This document shows positions 12,001 through 25,100 of a stretch of DNA of 64,000 bases, one piece after another (position 1 is the first letter of the stretch; every line of letters begins with the position of its first letter). Under the pieces are notes generated by a model. It ran no database searches, was not told the DNA's origin, and saw only the letters and a program-made list of their open reading frames with translations. This stretch comes from Polymyxa betae A26-41 (Eukaryota > Protista > Endomyxa: Phytomyxea). Position numbers and translations under genes: made by a program. The stretch is taken from NCBI GenBank assembly GCA_003693705.1, contig RBZT01000337.1:1-64000 (forward strand), written 5' to 3'.

Positions 12001-15000
12001 TTTCTCATCCAGTTCGAAAGTGACTGGGCATCTACCAACAACAATGTTGAATGTTAATGCAGTTACAAGGTCTGTGTTGCTCCTGCAGGTTTTTTTAACC
12101 ATTAACCGAATCTTGATTTCAGTAACGGTATTCTCATGTATGGCGCCTCAACTGCATCACAATTGTCGTTTTCGGTGAAGGCGTCACAACTGATATCGCA
12201 GCTGAAAGAGTTGAAGTACACTGGCAAGAAACGCTTCCGCGGATCAGATGCCATCAAAATCACAGTTACAAGCCAGAATGGCAATACTCTCGCTTCTATC
12301 AATGTTGCTATGTTTGTGGTCCAAGTCAAAGTATGTCAACTTATCTATACTTCAAGTTTCGTGTGCTGATCGCTAATAGGAACAACCATCCATCAACATG
12401 ACCACGACGGCAAAATACAAAGCGAATCGCTGGGTGAATCTGGCACCGATTCAGGTTGACGCCTATGACGCCGAGAACGGAATCGTCGAGGTTTGATGAA
12501 ACTTTCTGCTGCGAGCAACATCATTCATTGTTGATCGTTTCAGGTCCAATTGGTCGCTAATGAGGCTGATCAGACACTGCCTGCTGGAACTCGCAACGCC
12601 AGAATCAAGTTCGTTTCCAGCAACCGAAATTCGACGGTGACATACGCGCCTTCTTTCGGCACCGAATCTCGACAGGTTGTCTTTGCTGTGAGTCTTGATA
12701 TAGCGACTGTGCTGAATTGGAACACAGCTGATCGTTCGCGGACCTCTCGCCGATGTTCAAACGGCCTTGGGAGGAATCGCCTTCCAGACCACCGAATATG
12801 GAGCTGTGATTCGTAACGGTCTTAGTGTTCAGATTCAAGATATATTCTCAAACGTTCCAACCTACAAAGATATTGCACGAAGTGCTTTGCTGATCAACTT
12901 GGATCCGGCCTGTGATGAAGCATTGCCTTCAACATTACTCTCGGCACAATTCGCTTTCATTGGCCAGAAGATTGCTGTAGAGCTCACTTTCAATGGTGAC
13001 ACGTCTCTTATTTATGACCTCTGGGCTGTCATTAACTTCGTGGCTGTAGGAACGACTGGCCTGCAAGCTCGTCAAACTGTCGATTGTGCTTTGGTAATAA
13101 GAGCTCAATCTCTGTCATTGCTTGGTCGAAATCCGGCATGTAAGGCGACCAGCACATCTTCTATGGAAGTGGTTCTTGGAGATTCATGGTCAGCCTCTAT
13201 CAATGATACAATTAGCATTGTGCCACGATCATTACGAATATGTGCAACTGGCGATGCGTTCGCACAAGGACAAGCTGTCCTCACCGCTCCCAGCGAGATC
13301 CGACGTCCTTCTATTCAATCTATTGTGGGAGCTACAAATCTGGCCTCAGGACAAGATCTAAGACTCACCGCTTATGCTATCAATGGATTCGGTCGAGCAT
13401 TTACATGTTACTGGACAGCTACCAATTATCTCGTTATCACTCCTGATCCTCGTGGTTCATGCTCGGTTACGGTCAGAAAACCGCTACACCTTTCCAACAG
13501 TTATTAATGGTTATTTCTGCAGGCGTTATCTAGCAATATGAACGCGGGTGATTCATATTCTATCAGCTGTATTGTGAAGAACGCATTCGGTCAAGCCAGT
13601 TTAGAGAAAGTTCTGAACGTCAACGTGGCAAGTGATCCAGTTCCCATTGTTTATGCTGTTGGTAGCACCGATATCAGTGTTATGAGAAACTCGCCATCCT
13701 TTACTTTGAAGGTCGGATCTGATGTTCCATTCAAGCAAGCCGTTTATACATGGGCTGGAAGCTCGTTGCCATCATCTGCTCAAGATCGGCGTAACTTCAT
13801 AACGGTGCAGCCGTCAACATTGACGGTTGGAGCCACCTATTCATGGTCATGTTTTGTATCTCGAGGCCGAGTTAATAATTCAGTGGCATTCTCTGTCACG
13901 GTTGCATCATCGCCTTTAATCGCAACTATAGCGGGAGGGCTGAAGCGACAGATTTTCGCCAATTACGCCCTTCTTCTGGATGGCTCCAAGAGTACCGATC
14001 CGGATGTTGGTTCTAACTCAGCACTGAGCTTCAACTGGGACGTATTTGATGAAGTTGGAGATGCTGCAACTAATCCATCCGGGGCTTCTTTGACACTGCC
14101 CTCTACTTCGACTTTATCTTTACCAGGACAATCATTAAATCCAGGTAAGCGAATGATCTCTCTCTCATCAAAGGTGTCTAATATTTCTTTCAGGACTGTA
14201 CAGCGTTTACTTGACAGTAACTGATGATAATACCGGTCGATCTGAATCAGCTCAGACCCTGTTGGAAATTGTGTCATCGCCAATTCCAAAGGTCACGATT
14301 CTTGGGGCTCCTGGTCGAATCAATCCGTCCAGTTCGGTCTCGGCTATGGCCAGCACTGTTATTGTTCAAAATGATGGTATGGATGATATTCTAGCGCAAT
14401 GGATTAGAACTTATATTTGGGATATCTAGGCAGTGAGATTCCAGGCTGGCAAATGACATGCTCATATAGCTGGACAATGCAGGGTCAATCAACAAGTGGA
14501 CAAAGTGTTCCTATTGGATTTGGTCAGACTATGTGTATCGGTGGTGCAGCTTGTCGTCCGTTTGTGTTCTCCAGGTTTGTTATACTACTGGATATACTAC
14601 CACCATTTGCTAAATAGCTGTTAGTGGTGATTTGGTTCGGTTCACTGCAACTGTCTCATGCGATGGATTATCTGCAGCAGCTATTGCTTACTTCGATACC
14701 GCTGTCAACTCACCTCCATCAACTGGATCTTTATTACTATCTGCTAGCAATGTGACAAGTGATACACCTGTTACTCTTACTGCTGCTAATTGGTTGGATG
14801 ATACCACACTTCAGCTCAGATACACCTTTGGGTCAGTATTCCCGCAAGGCTCTTGCTCTTATCTAATGAGTGTTTTATAGATTCTTCAAATTACTTCCTG
14901 CTACTGGAACTTTCCAGCGCGTTATTGTTAGCTCTCTTTCAACACAGCCAACCGCATCAGTTATCTGTCCTGCTGGACGTTGTGTTGTTTTCGTACAAAT

Positions 15001-17344
15001 CTTCGATGATGAAGGTGCCTACACGGAAGTAACCGGGACCGTCATGTCTCTACCAGCGGTGAAAGAATCCTCTGCCATTGTTTATGCTGGGTCTGAATAC
15101 CGAGTCATTAGGTTGTTACATTGCAGAATGTCATTGAACGTATCGCTAATGCAACATGTGACGTCATTATGAATATGGTGACGACTGTCAATTCTAACGA
15201 TACTCTCGTTACGATTCAGCTGAACAAGGCGTTCAGTGCATGTCAGACATCAGTAAGCCCAAGTGTCATGTTGGATAGTACATTGGGAATGCCAGTATCA
15301 CCAACACTCACCGCTACCGAAAGCAAAGGTCGGTCTTTTGAAAACCTATCGTGCGCTCTTTCACTGAAAAATTCTAATGTTTAGCAATTCTATCGAACGC
15401 CGTCAACATTGTAAATGAACTCGATCCGGATGTTCGCTACAAGCTATTCCTTATGTTCGATCAATATGCTACATCCAGCTCTCTATCCAACCAACGTCGA
15501 CTGTTGGCGATTACTTCGAATCCAGATACAAGCTGTCAGTTCATCCAAACAATCTCGCTCGGTCGTCTCATTTATGCTTTTTTCAGTGTTTGATCGATTT
15601 TCAAACGGTGTTGCTGTAATTAAGGCTCAAAGTTCATCTTTGACATTACCAGATCAGGTAAACGATTACGAGTTTGTTTCCGGGTAATGTTCTGATTTGT
15701 TGTTAATAGTATGATTTCTTCCCCGCTTATGCAAACTCGTCCACAACAACCCGTCGATTCCTAGCTCGTACAAATCCGCGCTCATACACATTCAATGTAG
15801 CAGCGATGTTCTCTTCGAGTCCATCTTATTCGTTCACCATTAACATTCCTTCTGCTTTCTACCAACAAAACAGAGCGGATGATGCCATGCTTTGGGGAAT
15901 TGCGGAAATCAACAATGATTTCACTCAGAGTAAGCTGACCTATTCTCAACATTTGCGAGTTTATGCTCATATTTATCAGGTATTGCAAATACCCCAGATC
16001 TGGTTGCACCAGTATCTCCTGTTGTTCAGTTCGGTGTCATGAACCCTAATTTCGCTCTAATCACTGAAACACCATCATCTCCAGTCATCATCAATTTCCC
16101 ATTATCAGGGTCGACATGTACATCATTGCCATGTTATGTTGAATGTCGTCAATTCCTCAACTCGACACGAAACTGGAATGTAACCAGCACTGTTGTCACC
16201 ATGAATCAGACACAATTGACTCAAGTAAGGCTCTCCATTCTATTGGAAATGCAACCGAAATTAAGATAGTTATTAGGTCAGCTGTGCTGTGTCATCATCA
16301 ACTGGATTTGTTGCAGTATACAAAACTGTTTCAAGTTCATCGTCGGCACCACTATCTGTAAAGTCTTCAAACTCAACATCAAACGCTACGAAATCAACCA
16401 CACGAACAAGCCCAGCTACCATTCCACAAGCTTCAGTATTGGAAGGTCCAACACCAGCGCCTTCATTCAGTCAATATATAACGACGACTCACGCTCCTGT
16501 TCAAGCTCTAGCAGTTACATTGCGGCTTATGCTCAACTTTACTCAAGTCAATGCTGCTTTTACATCGTTCGCCACATCATTTGCGAACTCAATATCAACT
16601 GCCATTGGTATTCCTGCAAGTCGTATCAAAGTTATTTCCATATCTGAAGGTATGCTCTCGGTTAGATAGTGGATTTTGCATGTAATGACTTTGGTTCCAG
16701 GAAGCGTTATCGTCAGATTCGTAATTTTGCCAGATGTTACATCGTCATTATCTCCTTCGGACGTACTGCAACAGATCACAAATCAATTGCAAGATCCAAA
16801 CAGTGCCTTGCGAAGTGACACAAGTTTGAACGTTGATTCCAACTTCACCCCGATTTCAGATACGGTTATTGATTGTGGTGACGGGACTTGGAGATCATCT
16901 TGTACGGGGTCATCACCAGCACCAACCCCAGCTCCTACTGCACAAGACACAGCAAAAGGTTTAAATCCGGGAGCAATAGCTGGTATTGTCATCGCTTCGG
17001 TCGCCTTCATCGGAATTGTCATTATACTTTTACGACGAATGCGACGACGTCGTCTTGCTCGAAAACTAATTGAAGAGCCTCCTGCCCAAATGGCGCCAAA
17101 CCCCATTCTATATGTTCAACAATCACCTGTTGGTATTCAACCAGTAATGCCTCAGGCTGTAGGTGTTGGTCAAGGAATGTTTGTTGGTTCCCAACCTGCA
17201 TTCCCGGTTATGCAATCTAATCCCGTTCTTGCATATCCTGTTTTGCAACCCAATATGGCTGTTGGCGTTCCAGTAGGACAGTCACCGGCTGCACTTTATG
17301 TGGCTCAACAGGTACCGGCACCAAATCAGCAACCCAATCAATGA
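1..17344 (+). CDS. Giant multi-exon (~40-45 introns) single-pass type I membrane protein, polycystin/REJ-like adhesion receptor; 5' end outside window
   Basis: The junctions I checked join + strand exons in frame through ~50-nt GT-AG introns (e.g. 147-201, 6789-6834, 7030-7078, 16650-16700), and there is no intergenic gap. REJ signature LLDGSKSTDPD...FNW (~13970) and VNSPPSTGSL...AANWLDD...LRYTF (~14705). FN3-like repeats ~10580-11480. SEA-like domain ~16510-16830. TM AIAGIVIASVAFIGIVIILL followed by RRMRRRR (~16973-17055). Stop at 17344. Confidence 0.8.
440..1170 (+). repeat. Coding tandem repeat, ~186 nt (61-62 aa) x ~4, Ser/Thr/Pro/Asn-rich mucin-like
   Basis: Unit NATYIPSPSAY(N/S)TIKPSNxxQPSSPTTKPTGNxTYxPGPSASGxNNFIxxNGTHAxSPTSSK recurs at ~456, 642, 828 and 1011. 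Confidence 0.95.
3829..3955 (+). repeat. Coding micro-repeat (NGPF)n linker
   Basis: aatggtcctttc units. The frame continuous with the 4010 ORF reads TNGPFQPPTNGPFPSNGPFTNGPFPSNGPFTNGPFQPP. Confidence 0.85.
5923..6066 (+). repeat. Coding tandem repeat 48 nt x3 (SWSPMGSFSPTPAPSA)
   Basis: agctggtcgccaatggg... repeated at 48-nt spacing. Confidence 0.95.
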
Positions 17345-17739
17345 GTCCTTTCTATCATCAAACACTCAATAAATGACTTTTTCGTTTGTGAATGATTGGA
17401 GTGTGAAGTTCTATCCATAGGCTTGAATCAGTTTGAATTAATGAATGCTTCTTGTCAAAAAAGCCAGCGCAGCTGCCGCCAAATCAAAATGTGATTGCTC
17501 CGATTCCGCATGCTCTTCGTGGAAAAGAATATCATATCTCGAGATATTCCATTCATTGCGAGTTGACTTGGAGCAAAATGTCAGAATTATATACTCACGA
17601 AATGGCAAGCAATGAATGGGCGATCAATCACCAAGGATATCGTGAGCGCCTAATCGGATTGCATCTCGGATTGAACGTAAATTAACTCGTGAGGTTGACA
17701 CCACCACCAAATATCCTCCAGGTTTTTGAAGCATATTTA

Positions 17740-19760
17740 TTATTTGCAAAGTTCCTGTAACTTCTTCAGTCCTGGAACCGTAGAGAAATCAACCTTCTTC
17801 AATGACTTCTTAACGGCAGCGCGGATGTCAGGACGAGATTCCACCAGAGGAACCAAGATCCAAACAGCTCGTGATTTCAATATAGCTTGCAAATTGGTTA
17901 AGCAGAAATCAGTGAACACTGGATGCATTAATGATTGCGAGGAAGTACAGAGAGACTTGAAAACACGATGGGCGACTGGATGGGCAATAAGGTGCTCTCC
18001 GTCTAAATCTGTGGAATACCAAATTTAGCAATTAATGAGAATGCCTGTTAGAATACGAACCTGTTAAATCCCCCTGAGATAAGCAAGATACCAAGGCTTC
18101 GAGATAGTCCTTTGCTGCATCCTGTACATCATCGTTCATCTCCATTGCACATTTCAAGCAGTTCTCAAACAATCCCGATAACGAACGATCACGTAACATA
18201 TTCTGGAAATAAATCAGAAAACAGCCACATCAATGAGATATCCACTTACACTAGCTAATAGGAAATTATCTTTCAATGTGGAGATCATTGCTGGAACGAA
18301 ATGCTTCAGGTTATCGTTCCGTCGAACATCGTCTGATTTCTTGCTCATCGACTCAACAGTCTTCAAGATGCCACGTTCTGCAGGTGTAAAATATCGAGCT
18401 TGACCAGGTGCAATAACTTGCAGTAGGACTTTACTTCCAGCAGGTGATTGCATTAAATCACAGATCTCTGGTAATAGTTCATTAATGACACATTTCTGTA
18501 GCATGACCGCATCATCAATAATCGTTAAAGCCTTGGCTACAGCCAAATATCCCTAAACAATAAATGACTTTAAATTCGATTTCCTACGACTATGTATGAA
18601 TACATACATCACTGTCTTTGGCCATGATGACAACTTGGCCTTTCCACGACTTGATAATCGTTTTACGAAGTTTCGGGGTCGAATAGTCCAGCATAATGCA
18701 AGTAGCAATAACCCCATCAAGTGTAGCACATATCTGTAGAGTATGATCTTTCAAGGATTCAATTAACGATTCTCGATCAGTGACATTCGTTAGATAATGT
18801 CGTAACAATGTATGAAACAATGATAGTTGCATAGTTCCTTTAGCAATGCATTTATCAAGGAACATGCGAACTTCTCCTAACAGAGTATCACGTTTTTTTT
18901 CATCCAGTGATTGTAATAGTTCTGGCAATGAAGGTGCCGGTTTTGAAGTATCACGAAAGACACTGTTGTAGAATTAGTTGCTTAAAGGGTGTCAAGAAAT
19001 CCAATGGTACGAACCTGTGTTCTTTACCATAGAATTCAAACAATAGATCATTCTTCTGGTTGGAATTGCAAGCTGATCTCCAGGCGAGGTCAACAATCTT
19101 AAATGCGACCCGATGTTTGCAGAGTCGGGCGATATTTCCTTTCAGCTCAGAGATGATCTGCGCCTGGATTGAACGGGATCCATAACGAAGGATCTTTAAG
19201 ATAACATGATAACCATACTGGTTCATGCATAACTCCAATACATGCCTAACAGTCAATCAGATATCTACAAGATGCTGCCAGTGCATTAAGATACCCTTTT
19301 AAGCCTTCAGCGATAACGATTCGTTGGGCGTCACTACCATATTTGATACAGGACTGAATCAAACGGCTGACGTCGTGCTTCAGGCAGATCTGATTGATCA
19401 ACGAGCTAATCTCTCTTAAGACCGCCTCGACACGATTGATACGTTCCTCGGGAGAAGCGTTTTTGATCGATTCCGAGCCCCAAGCAACACGTGCTGCAGT
19501 AATCACATTGTTGTGAAGGCGACGAGATTTCCGTTCCCGTAACAAAGCTTTCTGAGTACTGCGGTTAGAGCTGGATTTTCGTTTATCACCGGCTTTGGTT
19601 TCAGGGTCTTCAGCGTCCAGCGAATTGTCTTCGTCTTGTTCTTCAACTTCTTCTACTAGAGACCAATTTAACACATTGCTGGCTCATGAGCTGAAGACAA
19701 AGTACCTTCCGAAGGAATAGATCCTTCGTCAGAATCCTCAATAAGTTCGATTTTCGCCAT
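17740..19760 (-). CDS. PUF6: Pumilio homology domain family member 6 / PUM3 (Puf6, CPL domain), multi-exon
   Basis: Acidic/basic N-terminus. KHDVSRLIQSCIKYGS, QYGYHVILKILRYG, EFYG, KLRKTIIKSWKG and IIDDAVMLQK motifs are typical of Puf6/PUM3. ATG at 19760. Confidence 0.88.
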
Positions 19761-20834
19761 TTGTCGGAAAAGAAAATCGTCAAACTTTGGAAGTCCCTGA
19801 TTTTCCAAATTCTCCAGGTGCAAGATCCCAGATCAATTCAATCACGCAGTCCGTACAATTGTTTTTATTGCCGTCGCGGCAACCTTTTAGGCAAAAACTT
19901 GAATTTCAGTCCAAAATTTAGAGGTCGCGAAGCTTTTTTTATAAATTTTTCGTTATTGACAACGGAAGACAACGGAATTGTCCGATGGGGTTTCTTCGCT
20001 GCATGACCCACTGCAAACCGCCATCTTTCACCATAAACATCGATAAAACGATCTGAAATTTAAGCGAAGCGCCGTACTGTCGGTAAGGAAACCGATAGTG
20101 CTCGAGAAACCACCCAGTTCAACCCTGTCCAGGAGCGTAGATGTTTTTCGCTGACGCTTGTTCAGATGTCAAGAAGACGGAGCGACATGAAAGTGTTGCG
20201 GCGTCATCAGCTGGGTCTCACTCTCACAGCAACAAGGTCCCACCCATTGCATGGAGGAGGCTGCGCAACAACAAGGTACCACCCACCCATGACCCATTTT
20301 ATGGAGAAGGAATCCTCATACGCTGAGGGCTGCACTGGAGGCTGCGCGTGAGGCTCCGCACTGTTGAATTCTGATTTTCCGTGCATGTATAAATAGATGG
20401 CCGCGGCGGTATGTACTGCATCTTTGTAGAAAATTTGGTTTTCTGTTTTTTTTCTACCGAATGTACTTAAGATTAAAATCGTACTGTAGCCTGTCAACTG
20501 GACAACACTAAACGCAAATACATGATAACAGTCATTGATTTACACTTTTTGGCATTATCAGATTGTCAGCATCAAAGCCAGTTCGGGCGATATTCGAAAG
20601 TTATCAGTTCACCATTGACAGGTTTCTTCATCTCCGCCTAATCGAAAACGAGTATCCAAAACGAGTGAAAGTACAGAATGATTGAGAATTCCATTACTTG
20701 ATGTGACAGAAGTGCTCTTGCTTGCTTGCGGACTGTTGGGCCTACGATAACAGTAGGCTGCGACCGACAAGTCGTGGTGCTGTAGAGGGTGACTACTGGT
20801 TGGAGAGGGAGGCCTTCACATTTCTCATGGCTAA

Positions 20835-22094
20835 ATGGCCCAGCCTAATGATGATGTCAGTTTAGTCGAGTTAGTCCATTTGTGGTTGTGTAATCAGGGC
20901 TGACCAGCGTAGGCAGTTCCATGCCCTGAAGAAGGTTCGCGAGCAGGCTCAGGCGGAATTCGAGAAATCCGAGCAAACGATTCGAAAATTGCTGAATGTG
21001 CTGGATGGTCGGATGGTCGAATATTGTTCAGAGCGGTTTCGTCTGACATAGGGGTTAGAGACGGACTCGAAAGGCATCACGGCTTTGTATGCGACCGATG
21101 CAATGCGGCGACAGTTCCTGTCAGCTTTCGGAACGTCTACTGATGAGTTCAGGTTAGACTTATAAGAGTATTTTTTCGAATTATAACTGTTTAGACATGC
21201 TGCTTCACTAGCAAGTCGTTTGCAGTCTTTCATACAAAGCAAAACCTCATCGCGACAACGTAAATTGCACTTTGCTATCACATAAGATTCTGATCTATTT
21301 GTACAGCCCGAATGGCTTCCAGAGTGCATCCGCCACGTCCATATGGGACTCCTGTTATTCGAGCTTCAGAAGAGTGCGCTTCCTTCGTTGAGGTTGACGT
21401 GATCTGATACGTTCACAGTGACATATGGACCCATAAACCCAGCGCGCCTTTTGAACCTGGATCTCAGGTCGCTGCACTTATAGACGAGTTTTCAGAACCG
21501 AATTTATGGATACTTGCTCAAATAAGATCATTCGATCATGAGCGCTGCCGATACACAGTTATCGATAATGAAACTGACGTTGCAGATGGGATTGTGCATC
21601 CAGAATCGGCAAAGTCTCTTTTCCTTTGCTTTTAATCGCAATGTTCTGATAAGTTCACAGGAACTATCTCGTTGATTGTGACAGGGTTTTATTGCTGCCA
21701 TCGCTATCTAATATTCCGGTTATATCCCGTCATGACTTTCGAAAGGACGAATGCGTTTTAGCCATTTTCCCGCAAACCACTGTTTTCTATCCTGCTACTG
21801 TAGTATCAGGGCCCAAAAAGGTCTTGTGTTGTACTAGTATAATTGTGGATTGCATCAACATTGCAGTTGTCGTAGGGTTATTATGTATTGCAATTCGCTG
21901 ATGACGAATGCAATCAGCGCCGAATATCTAGTGCTCACGTTGTTCCTCTGCCTGTATTGCACCAAAAAAATTTAGGAATGTTTTCTCTTATTTTTCATTT
22001 AATAGGCCCGGTATTACAATGCAGTCGACAAGGTTTCAATCTGAATACTTGCCTGATTAAGCCGTCATTTTATATCTCTAATCCATACTTGTAA
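20835..22094 (+). CDS. SGF29: SAGA-associated factor 29 (tandem Tudor), multi-exon; ends approximate
   Basis: N-terminal coiled coil, then FEPGSQVAAL...WILAQI...RYTVID and FRKDECVLAIFPQTTVFYPATVV...YYVLQFADDE. Confidence 0.85.
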
Positions 22095-22119
22095 ATTTGT
22101 CAACATAATGTATTATTAA

Positions 22120-25100
22120 TCAATCGCCCAATGGTCTTGGGTCAAGTTTCAGTTCTCGAATAGACTTCTCTTCAGTATCTTTCATCAAACTCGATGCGCA
22201 ATCGTTGGTTTGTCGCAGAGGTTTATCGTTTACCTCTTCAGCTATTTCTGGATAATCAATTACGTCTGTGAGTCTGGATTGATCATTGACTCCCTGCGAA
22301 ATGCCTGCAATTAAAGAATGATATCATTATGAATTCGTAAATGAGGGGATTATATTATACCAGAATCCAGCTGTGATTTGGGTTTAACAGATTTCGCAGT
22401 TACTTCGATCTGAATGCTCTCGTTGTTTAACTGGATGCTATTTCTCAGTGTCCCACCTCGTGCCATCATTATCGATCGCCTTTTCTCTCCGCGTTCTTTG
22501 ACCAGCTTTTCTATTGGTGCCAGAATTTCTTTATACAGATTAGACTAGCGCAAACTGGATTGTAATCACAATACCTGGAGCAAATGAAAGAAATTTTTGG
22601 AACGAATCATGAGAGATTGTTAAGAACAAGCACGGCGTAAGTGTAGCCACAGTAGCGTTTCTAAATTTTCGACTCTGTTCATAAAACGATAAAGGAATAA
22701 CGGTTGTAGCGCATTACCTTGGCTTAACAGGATTTAGTAAGGCTGCTTCACCAAAGAACTCCCCGACTGATAGCGTTCCAATTTCCATTCCCTGATGTGT
22801 TACCTTTATACTATATCAAATACATGTCACAGGAAAACACGGATTTGATGTTACCTGGACTGTCCCGTTCAAAATTAAATATAAATGGTCGCCTTCATCG
22901 CCTTCTGAGAAAACAGCAACATCTTTCTCCATAGATTTATACACCAACAGTGACGCCAGAAGCTCCTTTTTTGACCACTGTTTTTTCAAAAGATTACTGA
23001 TTGGAGTAATTCGTATCTGGAGGAGAACATACAGGCTTGTTTTCGCGAAGAGCATCGAATAACTTGAATTTCTTGAGTGTGCCAACCGTTCTCCTCAGGA
23101 TTAATGACGTGAATGTTTCTGTCAATTCGGGAGCTATCTTTCGCAAACGTGTAAAGGCATGATACGATAACGAGCATAACAAACAATTGTCCACGCCTAA
23201 TAAGCAGCCAGTTGCACTTAATTCACTCAAACGCTTAACGAGCAGGAATCGCTTACAAGTAATTGTAGCTGTCCGAGGTGTGTCCAGAATAAGAGAAATT
23301 TCGCCAAACCAGTCATCGGCTTTAAGTGTTCCCAACGCAATCGTGTCGTATTCGTTAAGGATTGTTACTTTAAGTTTCCCTGTGCCAGCAATGTCTGAGA
23401 CAGTGGCTTTTTATGAACTATTGGATTACCTTCGACGACAATATAGAAAGTACGATCCATATCGCCCTCACGGCAAACAACTTCACCGGCTTGACATTCG
23501 CGGAACTGAAATAATAGTCCCAATAAAGAAATCTTAGACCACTGATTGCTAACAATTAGCGCCAATGTGCAATTATTTTTGAAACCATACAGGCTTATTT
23601 TCTTTGAGTCCAGAGAAGAATGCTAGCCTTGAAAGCCACGTTGAGTTGCGTAAGTTGACAGTTTGGTCGACACGGCGGGCGAACTCTGGGGCAAATTCGC
23701 TGAATCTCGGATAGTTTGTTATTGGCAACCTAATCACAGTTGATGAATGATGTTCAGCAACAATAAAAAAGGATCTGAACTTCATAAGCAATGTTTTTTC
23801 GATTGTAGTCACCGTACTGGTAAATGATTTACCAATATCGCCAAACCAATCATTCTTGTCCAGGCGATTGCCGCTCTCAGGGTCTGAGTCCATACCAATT
23901 CCCGATGAGACTGACACCTTCAGTAGCAAATTCAAATTCGGCAAAGCATCTAGCAGTGACAAAAAGTACCGATCCGGAAACGATATGGTATATTCCAGTA
24001 GATGGTTCACCTACTTTATAGACCTGAGTAGTTTCAGGGAATTCTTCGAACTAAAACTATTTAGATACCAGTCAATCAGCATGCTAAGGGAATCTACCTG
24101 AAACAGGGACGCGAATTTAAATAGTCGATCCTGATCGAACTGCACAAGTGGACCAATTTCTTTGACCTACGTCCTCTTCATTTTGTATGCAGAGAATCGA
24201 TCAACAAGCTGAACCTTCAAATTGGCGAAGTATGGTAGGACTTTGAGAACATCGGCAACAGTTGTCAACATAGAATTTATGTAGTCTGGATGGGTTTGCA
24301 AAGAGGGTAGGATGCGTATAAATTTGAGAAAACTGTCTTTGGGAATAAAAGCAAATGTTGATGGTCTTATCGTGTATGCATTCAGTATATGACTGCAGCG
24401 GTTTGTCATGTAATAACAACCTGGATAAAATGTGTATGTGATTTCAACAGACGGAATGAGTTTGGAAAGCATACCGGCAATGCCGCCACGATTTAGTGTT
24501 GAAAGTGGAGTTTCGACTCCTTCAGGCGAGCGGTACGAAAATCTTACTGCCCCTTCAATGATAATATAGGCACCTTCAGCAACAGATCCCTAAGGGATAA
24601 TGATTATTCTGATAAAATTACTCAGTAGTGTTTTGTACTTGTGCCCATATTTGTTCATGCTCTTGAAAGACAACCGCTCGCATCATAGTTAACGCCTGAT
24701 CAGAAAAGGACCACTGAGCTCAATATCAGACATGTAAGTTGCCACATACAAAGCAGATCTCGGAATCATTGAGTGGCTGGAAAATTGGCAGCTCTTTGAG
24801 GATAGCAATCTTTGACTTAACTGAAGCTGATCCCCATGCGGCAGTGATACCCTTTTTGTGCTAATTCGTAATATCAGTATGCATATATCCCTAAACGAAG
24901 CTATTTACAGCTTTCATAGAAGCGCCTCCTGATGGCTTCGCTTCAGTTTGACTTTCTTCGTCTTTTTCTGATCTAGGAGGAGTCTAATTCATGATGTGTG
25001 AATGGCTTTATGCCATAAGATACCTTTGAGAATCCTCGTCATGTTCGGATCCCATAGAGTCTTTGAGATGACTTATGCATTCCGGGACAATCCTGCAGAC

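Noticed and set aside
20141-20351. Two 61-aa ORFs with an NKVPP repeat
   Set aside because: The peptide repeat just reflects the DNA direct repeat. No other coding evidence.
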